From contig NC_043007.1 in NCBI RefSeq assembly GCF_006345805.1, forward strand, positions 41,602,001 through 41,666,000: a stretch of DNA of 64,000 nucleotides. Reading direction: 5' to 3'. Positions 1 through 12,013 of this stretch are shown piece after piece (position 1 is the first letter of the stretch; each line of letters starts with the position of its first letter). A program made the position numbers and the translations under genes. Source of the stretch: Octopus sinensis (taxonomy: Eukaryota). The notes under the pieces are model-generated. The model was not told the DNA's origin. It saw only the letters and a program-made list of their open reading frames with translations, and made no database searches.

Positions 1-235
1 CCATGCTGGAGCACCACCTTTAGTCGAGCACATCAACCCCAGGATTTATTCTTTGTAAGCCTAGTACTTATTCTATCGGTGTCTTTGGCCGAACCGCTAA
101 GTTACGGGGACGTAAACACACCACCATCGGTTGTCAAGCGATGTTGGGGGACAAACACGGATACACAAACATATACATGCACACACACACACAACACACA
201 CACACACACACACGCATATATATATGTATGTATGT
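1..235 (-). mobile_element. SINE family A (tRNA-like head, internal microsatellite), 3' half; first unit of a 371-bp tandem duplication
   Basis: Positions 1-~190 are identical to 372-~560; same tail sequence (ccagcatgg..cagtcaaa) as other family A copies. Confidence 0.8.
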
Positions 236-298
236 ACCACAGTATTAACCAGACTATCGGATGTTGTTATACATCGCTGGTCACAATGCGCTTCGCAT
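236..298 (-). mobile_element. SINE family C3 3' tail fragment
   Basis: Reverse complement resembles the tail of the copy at ~60480-60530 (acatccgatagtctgg..aatac.gtg). Confidence 0.45.
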
Positions 299-351
299 AA
301 GAAGAGCGACTGTTTATTGTTTGGCTGATGCGAACAGGTATAGAAATATTT

Positions 352-549
352 TTTTACTCTTTTGACTGTGGCCATGCTGGAGCACCACCTTTAGTCGAGC
401 ACATCAACCCCAGGATTTATTCTTTGTAAGCCTAGTACTTATTCTATCGGTGTCTTTGGCCGAACCGCTAAGTTACGGGGACGTAAACACACCACCATCG
501 GTTGTCAAGCGATGTTGGGGGACAAACACGGATACACAAACATATACAT

Positions 550-606
<57 letters not shown>

Positions 607-823
607 CATACATTCAAACATACATACATACATACATACATACATACATACATACATACATACATACATACATACAACGAGCTTCTTTCAGTTTCTGTCT
701 ACCAAATCCACTCACAAGGCTTTGGTCGGTCTGAGGCTAAAGTAGAAGACACTTGCCCAAGGTGCCACGCAGTGGGACTGAACCTGGTCCCATGTGGTTG
801 GTAAGCAAGCTACTTAACCACAC
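352..823 (-). mobile_element. SINE family A, near full length
   Basis: Minus strand: gtgtggttaagtagcttgc head with B-box-like ggttcagtccc, ccttgggcaagtgtcttc core, internal (TG)/(TA)/(TATG) microsatellite and conserved tail; more than 10 copies in the window. Confidence 0.85.
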
Positions 824-1039
824 ATTAACTTAACTTTTATATCTTTATTTGCATACCTAACAACCAGGCTGCCTACCGTGTAATATAAAATCACTTTCTT
901 CAGTTTATCGTACTTCTGTAAGGAAAAAATCCACAACCTCCCGCCCCGATGAACCACTATTGTTCCTGAAAGTTGTTTTTCATTTTTTCTACAGATTGCT
1001 TGAAGCTCACCTTTTTCCTACACCTCGATCTTTGGATCT

Positions 1040-1268
1040 TACATTATATATATAGTTAATCCAAACAAGAAAACACAGAAAAAAAGAGAAAAAAACAGCA
1101 ACGCGAGGACGTGGAACAATTAAAGTATTATTGACGCTCAGGAAAGAAGGGAAGGAGGGTTTAACGTTTCGAGCGGAGCTCTTCGTCGGAAACAAGGAGA
1201 AGGAAAGATCCCAAGAAGGGAAGACAGAGGAAAAAATATTTTTGCTGGTGGTGCTCAAGAGATCACAT
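1040..1268 (-). mobile_element. Penelope-like element terminal-repeat fragment carrying a minimal hammerhead
   Basis: Contains the CYGAYGA-A-stemII-GAAACGT motif characteristic of Penelope-like element terminal repeats; boundaries approximate. Confidence 0.55.
1159..1193 (-). ncRNA. Minimal type-I hammerhead ribozyme motif
   Basis: Minus strand GUUU-CCGACGA-A-GAGC(UCC)GCUC-GAAAC-GUU-AAAC: stem I GUUU/AAAC, stem II 4 bp, palindromic ACGU stem III, NUH triplet GUU. Confidence 0.7.
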
Positions 1269-1280
1269 GTTGAAAGAGAT

Positions 1281-1282
<2 letters not shown>

Positions 1283-1361
<79 letters not shown>
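1283..1361. repeat. (TA)n microsatellite
   Basis: Direct reading. Confidence 0.95.
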
Positions 1362-1709
1362 GGTTCCGGGTTCAGTCCCACTGCGTGGCACCTTGGGCAA
1401 GTGTCTTCTACTATAGCCTCGGGCCGACCAAAGCGTTGTGAGTGGATTTGGTAGACGGAAACTGAAAGAAGCCCATCGTATATATGTATATATATGTTTG
1501 TGTGTCTGTTTTTGTCCCCCACCCCACCCCCAACATCGCTTGACAACCGACGCTGGTGTGTTTACGTCCCCGTAACTTAGCGGTTTGGCAAAACGACCGA
1601 TAGAATAAGTACTAGGCTTACAAAGAATAAGTCCTGGGGTCGATTAGCTCGACTAAAGGCGCTGCTCCAGCATGGCCGCAGTCAAATGATTGAAACAAGT
1701 AAAAGAATA
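1362..1709 (+). mobile_element. SINE family A, 5'-truncated, CpG-rich copy
   Basis: ggttcagtcccactgcgtggcaccttgggcaag ... ccagcatggccgcagtcaaatgattgaaacaagtaaaaga. Confidence 0.85.
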
Positions 1710-1715
1710 TACACA

Positions 1716-1765
<50 letters not shown>

Positions 1766-2177
1766 AACACACACACACAAACACACACACACAGAAAGGA
1801 AAGGAACGATTGTTTCTCTACACCTCTCAAAGTGGGCGCTACCGCCCCGCGGTGGGTGTTGAGAAGGTCCAGGTGGGTGCTGGTGTCTAAGGAGGCGATG
1901 GTGAGGGGTAGAGAAAAAGGAAGTATAGAGAGGAAGGCAGTGAATTGGGTGACGCTATGAATTTATTTTATCATAGTATTGTATACAAATTATATATTAT
2001 ATTAAATACCTACCAAATGATTCATAGTATATATAAATTAGTAAAATATAAAATATTTATTTATACATAATAATAAGGGTGGGGGCGCTGAGGGTATAAT
2101 GTGGCTATGAGAAGGCGGTGGTCCCAAAAGTTTGAGAACCTCTGCTCCACAGATACATTAACACACCGGACAAAACG

Positions 2178-2330
2178 CTTGGCAGCATTTCGTCCGTCTT
2201 TACGTTCTGAGTTCAAATTCCGCCGTGGTCGACTTTGCTTTCATCGGCAAGACTTCCCCCCTCCCTACCAAAAGCCAATAAGTACCAGTTGAGTACTGAG
2301 GTCGATGTAATTGACTAACACTTATAACTG
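2178..2330 (+). mobile_element. SINE family B
   Basis: acgttctgagttcaaattccgccg.ggtcgactttgc.tttcatc ... aagtaccag core shared with more than 12 copies. Confidence 0.75.
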
Positions 2331-3115
2331 CTGGCCTTGTACCAAAATTTGAAACAATTACGATTACTATTATTATTGTTGTGTCTGGGGAACGAAGTAT
2401 TATTATTGTGTTTGATAAACAACCTACCTTCGACCGGTAAAAACAAACTGTGTGTGTGTGTGTGTACACGCATAAGAGGAGCGGCTGTTTATTGTTTGGT
2501 TGATGGGTGAATGGATGAACGGGTTGTTTACGGTATCCTGTTGAAATTGAGAACCTCTGATGCTACTGCATACGTAAAAGAATAACAAACAGATAAAGGG
2601 AGTTAGAGAGATGAGATGAAGTGGTAGACAGTGATAGTTCCACGAGAGAGGCAAAAAGTGGTCGAATATAACAAACAGTTGCCGTTATCATGAAATTCAT
2701 ATATCTCCACAAGTAATTGATTTTTGAAACGGCAGAGGAATATATATTTAAGAACATTTTGAAATCATAGTTCCTAAACACCTTTTTTCAGTTTCTCGAA
2801 GCTGTCGTTTAGCGACAGGTCATTCTTAAGATTAAAAGACAAAAAAAACTTACTACTCTCATGTTGAAAGCTATTGATGATGTTGATAGAGAGCACATGG
2901 AATCTTGTGATGGTAATTACTGGACAAGTAATAACTTCATATATACAGCTGTTATTACTCTAAAAAACACTGATGAAACAGGTGCTAATTAAATTGGGAA
3001 ACAAAACTTGAAGAAACATCAACAATCTTTGCCACCATACTGAATGATTAATCATGATAATAAAATGTAAATGGAATAATGAGCTTTCACTTCACCTATT
3101 ACATCTTATGCAAAT

Positions 3116-3435
3116 CTGAGACCCTCTTCGGTCATAACTGACCATGGGATTACACCTAGAAAGTTACCCTCCCAGGCACAAGTCCAGGCAAGGTTGTTTT
3201 ATGGAAGACCAGCAGTCACTCATGCATACCGGCCTCCCCTCTCCACGCCACCAGTGTTATCCAAGGGAAAGGCAAAGGCAGATACAGCTTGGCACCTGTG
3301 ACGTTGTAACTCATTTCTACGGCTGAGTGAACTAGAGCAACGTGAAATAAAGTGTCTTGCTCAAGAACACAACACTCAGCTCACAACCTCACGATCGTAA
3401 GCTCGACGCTCTAACCACTGAGCCATGCACCTTCA
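3116..3435 (-). mobile_element. SINE family C2 (tRNA-like head)
   Basis: Reverse complement aligns along its length with 60535-60880; cttgagcaagacactttatttcacg core. Confidence 0.8.
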
Positions 3436-3750
3436 CAATTATCTATTTATTATCACAATATTTATTTATTATGCAAATAAAAAACAACAAAACTCTACAG
3501 TGACACTGCACACTAAGTTCTTGAGAGAAGGCATGTTTCTTTAAAACACAAGCTCAGGATACTGAGCAAAAAATTTTGTTATCATAGAAAAATATTCAAG
3601 TGAGACAGTATAAATCACAAGTTTGCTTCCAATACACAGGCATTATAGAGAGACAAGGGAGGAAAACATTACCATTAAGAAAGCCTGCTTATTCTTAGTG
3701 CACATTTTGAAGAGTGCAGTTTGATTTTTAGTTATTTTTTCGAAGCTATA

Positions 3751-4811
3751 ATGGAAGTGAAAAGGAGCATATTTGGCATATTTTGCTTTATGAGTTCAAT
3801 AAGGGCAACAATAGAACTGAAAGTGTGAGGAATATTAATGCAGAATATGGAGATCAGACAATAAGCTTAAGCCAGTGTCAACGGTGGTTCCAGAAATTCT
3901 GAGCTGGAAACTACAGCCTAGAAGATGAGCCTTATCCTGGAAGATCTGAAAAGCTCGACAAGGACATCCTGCAAACCCTGGTGGAACAAAATCCCATTGT
4001 AACTGTTGAGGAACTAGCAAAGAAGCTTGGATTTGGTCAGTCAACCATTCATCGACACCTGCATGCCATCGGAAAAGTCAACAAATTGAGTTAATGGGTT
4101 CCTCACAAACTTTCCAAGTCTAATTGCATGCAGAGAATGAACGTAGGTTCTTTGCTGTCACGTCTCATGAATGAACCCTTTTTTTAATTAAATAGTGACT
4201 GGTGACAAAAAATGGGTTCTCTATAAAAATGTCAAGCGCTGGAGACAGTGAGTAAGGAAAAGGGAAGCACCAGTGCCCTAGACTAAAGAAAGGTTTAGTT
4301 CACTTTGAACTTTTAAACCCAAATCAAACAATAACAAAGGAGATATACTGCAAGCAGCTCAAGCGGCTAAAGCCAGCACTACAAGAAAAATGACCATCTT
4401 TGGTTTCAAGATGAAAGGTGTTCTTCCATTAGGATAATATTCGGCCACATACAGCAAGGATGACATTCCAAAAGCTGGAGCAGTTTGAATGGGAAACAAT
4501 GCCCCACATACCATATTCACTGGACATTACCTCATCCGATTACCATATATTCTGCAGTCTTCAAAATCATTTGGACAGAAAAAATATGAATTCTGTAGGT
4601 GAGATCAGAAGAGTACTGGAGGAGTATTTTTCATTACGGACAAGTGAATTTTGGAAGTGGGGCCTTGCAAGTCTACCAGATAGATGGAAGATCATTGTAG
4701 AAAATGAAGGAGAGTATATCTTGGATTAAAAAAGAACTTTGTTATCTTAATTTTGAAAAATAAAAGAAATATACCCCCCCCCCCGCATTATTTATGGGAT
4801 GACCCAATATA
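3751..4811 (+). mobile_element. Degenerate mariner transposon (transposase pseudogene plus right TIR)
   Basis: Reads MEV..HIWHILLYEFNKG, CQRWFQKF, WVPHKL, YSLDITSSDYHIF (YSPDLAPSDYHLF-like) and EGEYILD*, with stops and frameshifts. Right TIR gcattatttatgggatgacccaata+TA at ~4785-4811; left TIR not found. Confidence 0.9.
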
Positions 4812-4817
4812 TGTGTG

Positions 4818-4849
<32 letters not shown>

Positions 4850-5647
4850 GATTGAGGGAGGGAGAGAGAAACAGAAAGGAAAAGAGAGAGTGCTAGTTCA
4901 TTGAGTACATGGCACCTTATGTGTGCATGCATCTGTATGTGGGTGAGAGAGAAAGAAAGAGGGAAAATATGCTGGCATTGACAGTGTCAGCTGACAAACT
5001 TGGGCACTAGTTTAAAGACATCCCAAGCCCATCTTCACTGTTATTAGGTTTTGGTGGGTGGGGGCAGGGTTTATTATCAGGAAATGGCATTATTTGAACT
5101 CAGGACCAAAACATACTGCAAATAAGGCAAAGTACTTTATGAACTCTAAAACTCTGCCAGGTCAACACCCCTACCACTCACACATATTTTATATATATAT
5201 ATATATATACAAACACACATACAAACACAGATAAATAGATATACATACACATGCATACATGTTTGTGCACACACACACACACGCACACTCACACACACGC
5301 ACGCACACACACACACATACTGAACACATTTGTTTTGTAGGTATATAGAAAAATAAGTGAGTTTCATGTCAAGAAGCAGCTTGACAATAAATAACAATTT
5401 TTAAATGTGATATCTTACTAATGAGACATTCACCTGCACGTGTTCCCCTCATTCTGTATGTTTGTATTATTCGAGTGTTTGTTTTTCAGTTATTCTGTTA
5501 AATATACATAACCATCAAGGTTTCTCATCATCATTTTCAACACTGTAAACAACCCACTCTCCCACCCACTAACCAATCCAAATATCAACAAATAACAAAA
5601 CAGCAATAAACACACTCCCCACACCACACACACTTGAGCACAAAGAA

Positions 5648-5996
5648 CAGTGGTTTCAATCATTTTCTATTTATGGGCCCCTTTCATCATTATTTTATTC
5701 TGGTGGACCCCCATGGCCATTCAATGTTTAAAAACTAGTTTTATAGATACTTCTTTCAAAATTCCTATTGTGTTTCTCACACATTCACTTGGGTTTATGA
5801 CAATGCTCTCTGAGAGAACATTCTTCTGAGGCCAGAAACTCTGCTGTTTCTTGCATTAAATACATTTAAAACATTTTTTCATGACCCCTTAAAATACCAC
5901 TGTAGATACCCAATTTACTATTTTGTTTGTACAGCCCCACTCGCAAATCCTATACGAACTCCTAGAGGTCATACTGACCCCTGTTGAGAACCACTG
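5648..5996. mobile_element. hAT (Charlie-like) MITE
   Basis: TIRs cagtggtttcaa (5648) and ttgagaaccactg (5984-5996); TSD not recoverable. Confidence 0.6.
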
Positions 5997-6421
5997 GTTT
6001 AGAGGAAGATAAATATTCAGATACAGATAGATGAAGAGAGGGGTTGCTCAGAAACCCCTCTTACATATTTCACTTATCTGTGTGTAAATATTTATATTTT
6101 TACTCTGGGGTTCCTTGGAATTCACTTTGAAAAATTCTGACATAAAGAAGTAAAATAGGTTCTCCGGGGCATCTACTACTCTCAGGCCCAAGGATGAGGG
6201 GATCCTCTCAAAATTCAAAGGTACTGAGCTTTTTTCTAGGGAGGGGTTTAGCAAATTGTAATGGATCCTTCTTTGGTTCTTCAGACCCTAGACTGTTGTA
6301 TCACTTGAACATGACTTCTCATAGGCCCTGAGTACAGAAATATATAAAAGATATACCAAAGGTAAGTACAAAGGTGTATTTAAGGCACGTAACTAAACAT
6401 TCCGAAATAAAAATCACGTAA

Positions 6422-6591
6422 GCACAGGTGTGGCTGTGTAATAAGAAGCTTACTTTCCAACCACATGATTCCGGGTTTAATTTCATTGTGCGGCACCTTG
6501 GGCAAGAGTCTTCTGCTGTAGCCTTGTGCCAACCAGAGCCTTGTGAGTGGATATGGTAGACAGAAACAAAAAGAAGCCCACTGTGTGTGTG
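6422..6591 (+). mobile_element. SINE family A, 5' half
   Basis: Head and core match other A copies up to the internal microsatellite. Confidence 0.75.
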
Positions 6592-7128
6592 CATTCCAAC
6601 TAATCCCAGCAAGGTACATTAAAAGATGAAATGTATGTGTACATGTGTGTGTGTGTGCGTACACACATGCATGCTACTGTCACATTGCCTTGACCTCACA
6701 TGTTAGTTGTAAATGAGTACTGCCATCATGCGAATAGTGTCCGTCATTCATCTTACATCAAAACGTATCTGATTATAGGGAAATATTATACAATAAGTGA
6801 GGGTTAACAACAGGAAAGGCATCCAGCCATAGAAAATCCATCTCAACAAAATTCTCTCCAACAGATACAGGCAAGGAAAGGTGGAGATTAAAACAATGAT
6901 GATGATGATGACAACAACAATGGTGATGTACTTACGGCCCGTGTGTACCCATGACTGGTTGCAATATGTCCCCATGTAAGTAAAATTATGCATCCTGGGG
7001 AAGTAATTTGGTGTGTTACAGGTAAATAAAATTATATAACCAAGGTATGTAACAAGGAGTTTGTTAAGAATATAAAAATGAGTGTACCTTATTGGTATAA
7101 AACTGTTTAGTGTAATAGTGGGGATATA

Positions 7129-7351
7129 TACAAGGGAATGATGAAAAGTTCCTGGCTTTAAGGTTATCATGAAAAGCCTGGTTCGAAGGCCAACCATCCG
7201 AGTTCTTTTACAGGGCTTAGAAAAATCAAAGGACCGCTGTAATAAGTGTGTGAATCTGAGAAGGGAATATGTTAAATAAAATCACAATTAACCAAGCCGC
7301 CTGCATTTTCTTTCACTCTTAAAGCCAGGAACTTTTCAGCATCCTCTTGTG
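7129..7351 (+). mobile_element. Mariner-derived MITE, copy 1
   Basis: ~30-bp TIRs (tgaaaagttcctggcttt / aaagccaggaacttttca); internal QGLEKSKDRCNKCVNLRREYVK* is a mariner transposase C-terminus. Confidence 0.75.
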
Positions 7352-7386
7352 TGTGTGTGAGTGTGCGCGTATACACACATATACAC

Positions 7387-7608
7387 ACAAGGGGTTGCAG
7401 AGAAGTTCCTGGTTTTAAGGGTATCCCAAAAGGCCTGGTTAGAGGCCCAACCTTCTAATTTCTTTAACAGGGATTAGAAAAACTGAAGGACCACTGCAAT
7501 AAGTGTGTGAATCTGAAAAGGAAATATGTTGAATAAAATCACAATTAACTGATCCTCCTGTATTTTCTTTTACCCAAAGCCAGGAACTTTTCAGTATCCA
7601 CTCATGTA
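7387..7608 (+). mobile_element. Mariner-derived MITE, copy 2
   Basis: Same TIRs and internal sequence as 7129-7351, diverged. Confidence 0.75.
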
Positions 7609-7885
7609 TGTGCTTGTGTCTGCATGCACAGTGTTAAAGGGGAGTGTTGTGTAATAACAGTGATAACAATTATATTGAAATTGAGATTGATTGCATGTGG
7701 GAGCGTGAGTCTTTTATGTCAGTGTTTGTCCCACCCATTACTTGACAAACATTGTTGATTTGTTTATGTTCCCATAATTTAGCAGTTCGACAAGAGACAA
7801 ATAGTATAAGTACAGGCTTTAAAAAAAATAAAGTACAGAAGTTGATTTGTTCAACTAAAATCCTTCAAAGTGTTGGATACATTTC

Positions 7886-8206
7886 TGGCACTCCATTGGT
7901 TATGATAAGGGTACCAGTTGATCCGATCAACAGAACAGCCTGCTTATGAAATTAATGTTCATGTGGCTGAGTACTCCACAGACATGTGTACTCTTAATGT
8001 AGTTCTCAGGGATATTCAGCATGACACAGAGTGTGGCAAGGCTGGCTCTTTGAAATACAGGTACAACTCATTTTTGCCAGCTGAGTGGACTGGAGCAACA
8101 TGAAAAAAAGTGTCTTGCTCAAGGACATTTCTCATTGCCAGGAATTGAACTCACAACCTTACAATCATGAACCAAATACCCTAAACACTAAACCACACAC
8201 CTTCAC
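7886..8206 (-). mobile_element. SINE family C1
   Basis: Matches 10453-10780, 36020-36330 and 38137-38460, and the reverse complement of 63272-63568. Confidence 0.8.
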
Positions 8207-8560
8207 AAGGTGATACAACATAGTCAAAGTCCAATGGCTGAAACAAGTAAAAGATGATAGATGAAAAACAAAGATAAAAATTATAATTTTCCTTTCTATT
8301 ACAGGCACAAGGGCTGAAGTTTTGGGGAATATGGCATGTCAATTACATTGACCCCCACCCCATCCCACCCCAGTGCTCAACTGGTTCCTATTTTATTGAC
8401 CCTGAAAGGATGAAAAGCAAAGTTAACCATGGTAGAATTTGAACTCAGGACATATAACCAGAAAAAAATGTCACGAAACAATTTGACTGGCATGCAAACA
8501 ATTCTGCCAGTTCATACCAAAATGGAAGTATAACACAAAATTATACCTAAAATGGGGAGC

Positions 8561-8712
8561 CACTAGTGTAGCTTGCGGGGGGGGGGGATAGGATCGGTCT
8601 GCCCCGGGTGGCACTTTTGGGTCTGTTGTAGGCAATGTCTTTTTCGTGGGATCCGGGGGGGCAGCAAACAGAAGGGCTACCCCAGACGGCACACACTCTA
8701 GCTATGCTAGTG
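8561..8712. mobile_element. GC-rich hAT-type MITE with 8-bp TSD
   Basis: TIR cactagtgtagct / agctatgctagtg; flanks tggggagc (8553-8560) and tggagagc (8713-8720). Confidence 0.7.
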
Positions 8713-9892
8713 TGGAGAGCCAACATAATTACATCTACGTAGTCATTCAACCTGTAAGAAATAGCAGCCAAATCTCCCTCAAATTACACCCTTAAGTCTA
8801 AGAAAAGATCACACACAATAATGTAGTCCTATATACTATATACATAATGCCAAAAAAAATCATCATAGGTCAGCTTGACCAGAGCTAACCTGGGGGTTAA
8901 AGAACAACTAAAAACAAGCAAAACATTGTTTCCTTTTCCATTCTATTTATCATGTGATATATTATCTGCTCTTTTGATTTGGTGATATGAACACAGTACC
9001 TCATCTACTTGTCTGCTTGTTGTTGTGAATCTACTCAAACAGTAGCAGTATATCTCTTCTTTCTCTTACTCTCTCAGTAACAGTATAAACTCTATCTTTC
9101 TCTCTTTTTTGGTCAGTGATAATGTATGTTTTTTTTTCACTGTCCCTCTCCCTCTCAGCAGCAGCATATGTTATGTTATCTATCTATCTAATCTATCTAT
9201 CACTCTTTTCTTCTCCCCCTTTCTCTTTTTTCCAGTTCCTGAACAAACACATACTCTAACATTACTATACACAAACATACAAATACACTAACACAACATA
9301 ATAGAACTAATAAGCACCAGTGACATACTGAGAGATATAAAATGTATAAAATGTGTAATTAGTTATATAAACATTCTTGTTTAAACATAAGGCATTATTT
9401 TATGAAACTTCTAAGTTCTATACTAAATACTGTCAAGGGCAAAATTAGCACTGAATAAATTGGTCTGGCATCAGTAACAATGAAAAATGGTAAATCTAGG
9501 AGAGTTTATTGCCGATCAAGAAGTTCACTTTCCAGTAGGAATGGAAAAAGATGAAGCTTCAGGATATGGAGCCTTCAGCAGAGTGTAATCTTCAACTAAG
9601 ACCTTTACATCAACACCATACACAATCAAAAAGTTACATAATCCGAAATATTTTCCATCTCTTACAGTAACCAACTATACTGATACACAACAAATTCTCT
9701 TTGTTATAATGGCAAAAGTCACCATGGAACGATAGTCGAAGCACTGTAAAATGAAGGTAAGATCCGGGAGAGCCAAGTCTACGATACAAAATCAATTCTT
9801 TGTTGGGGAATTTCATTCCACTTGCTTGTCCTAACTCCAAGTTCCATATACATTTTGTTACATTCCAAGGAGACAAAAGGTGTTGCTGGTCA

Positions 9893-10141
9893 CCTAACTC
9901 ATTAGCATTTAAAATGGCCATATCCAGCTGAAATATTCTGCCTGCTTTATGCTAAAACTGGCCAGATCTGGACTCTCATACCTACCCTACAATGTTATTC
10001 TAAAAACAAACAACTACATCATCAAAATTTTGATACTACAACGGACGCTAAATGATGATGATGATGATGATGATGATTAATTCAAAACAATGGGAATAAA
10101 AAAGCATTACATTTGACAGAGTAATCTCTCTAAAGGATTAA
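9893..10141. mobile_element. Decayed TTAA-type (piggyBac-like) MITE interrupted by a short (ATG)n retroposon tail
   Basis: Aligns with 11390-11603; extra acggacgctaaatgatgat.. at ~10041-10076. Confidence 0.5.
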
Positions 10142-10452
10142 AGTTTATTGCTTATACTGTGATTACAAACAGTACAGAAATTGTATCACATCATCATTTT
10201 AATGTCCACTTTTCTGTGCATACATGGATCAGAAGGAGTTTATTGAGGCAGATATTCCACAGCTGGATACATTTCCTGTTGCTAACTCATCTGTTTCCAT
10301 GCAAGGTAATATTTCCCCATAGCCAGATGTGGTTTGCAGAATATTGGAAATGAATGACACCAATTGTATAACAGCAATAATCATTTTGTAACTATGATGT
10401 GAAGACCAGAAAATGAGAAACAAGCACACACACAAACACACGTGTGCGCGCA

Positions 10453-10780
10453 CACACACACACACACACACAACTGGCACTCTGTCGGCTACGACAAGTG
10501 TTTAGCCAACCTGATCAATGGAATTGCCTGCCCATGAAATTAATATGCAAGTGGCTGAGCACCCAACAGACTCATGTATATTTAATGTAGTTCTCCAGGA
10601 GAGTCAGCATGACACAGAATATGACAAGGCTGACCCTTCAAATTACAGATACAGTTCACCTTTTCCAGTTGAGTGGACTAGAATAATATGAAATAAAGTG
10701 TCTTGCTCAAGGACACAATGCACGACTAGGAACTGAACTCACAACCTTACAATCATGAACCGAAGCCAAGTGTCTTCACA
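10453..10780 (-). mobile_element. SINE family C1
   Basis: Aligns with 7886-8206. Confidence 0.8.
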
Positions 10781-11389
10781 CACACACAACAAGCTACTTT
10801 TAGTTCCTGTCTACCAAATCCACTCACAAGTCTTTGATCAGCCTGAAGCTTATAGTTTGTCATGAAGTACAATAGTTGATTTAATCCACTTTCATGCTTT
10901 GTTGGGGTTTCTTTTACCAACACCTAACTCTACTTCAACTACCACTTCTACAGTGACCTCTACTCAGAACTGATCTATCTGGTACCATTTCCACTCAAGC
11001 CTTCAACTCATCTTTCTTCTCTTCCTCTCAATCCCCAATATTGTGTCTAGACTTTTACACCTTGCATTAAACACTTCCCTCGGTGTTTTCCTATACATAA
11101 TACCATCTCAAGGACGTAAACAAAGTGACCATCAACAACTCATTATTACACTTAAGATGTGGTTGTTTATTTATCCCCATATTGGCCCCGATAGAGAGGA
11201 TCTATAATCAAAAATATCCAAGACAGAACCACGTATCATTTTTATTAGACATGGTGAACCAAGAGTTACATCATCTAATGTATCTTTATGTTTTTTAGGA
11301 TGGTAATGAAAGGTTCCTACATGGTGATTACAGCACACATGTGTGTACAAGAGATGTTTAGGTGCACTGTGGATTGCTGAAAATATAAT

Positions 11390-11603
11390 TTAGCCTTTTC
11401 ACATTTAAACCAGCCAAATCCAGCCCAAATATTTTATGTTTTACATTCAAATTGGTTGCATCTAACCTCTCACACCTAACCCACACTAAGATTCTAAAAA
11501 TAAGCAATCTCATCATTGAAACCTCAAAGCTATAAGATAATGCGTAATTAAGTCAAAACAATTTGAGTAAAAAAGCAGAGTAATCTGAACACTAAGGGGT
11601 TAA
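11390..11603. mobile_element. Decayed TTAA-type MITE
   Basis: Ends ttagccttttcacatt / actaaggggttaa; body aligns with 9893-10141. Confidence 0.5.
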
Positions 11604-11958
11604 GGTTTTAGAAAATCTGCATTAATTTAAAGGTGTCTTGAAAAACATGTTATTCATAATTCTGTCAAACACAAGAACGATTAAAAATAATGTTTTCCAG
11701 TAGACAAGATGATGTAGTGTATTGTTTGCTATCTTTCCAAATCTTACAGCATTTCACATGGCAGTTTTGGTCCTCCAAAAAGAACTTCTTAAATAATTCA
11801 ATCTACCTTTTTTTTTATTGTAAATTTTCATTTACAAAATTTTACCTGTATGCCAGAACATACAGTAAGGCTAACAATAGTTTTTTTCCCTTTTTCCTTA
11901 AATTTTTAACTTGAAAATATGCTTTTAAAATTAAGTGCACTTGTATTTTTATATTGTT

Positions 11959-12013
<55 letters not shown>

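Noticed and set aside
79-804. Many 60-150 aa ORFs (HTHT, CVCV, YIYI, SLSL types) here and throughout the track
   Set aside because: They are translations of dinucleotide/tetranucleotide microsatellites and SINE sequence, open in several frames and on both strands.
9500-9690. Minus-strand peptide LCNFLIVYGVDVKVLVEDYTLLKA resembling an ankyrin repeat
   Set aside because: Single short match bounded by stops, with no convincing splice sites and no neighbouring repeats.
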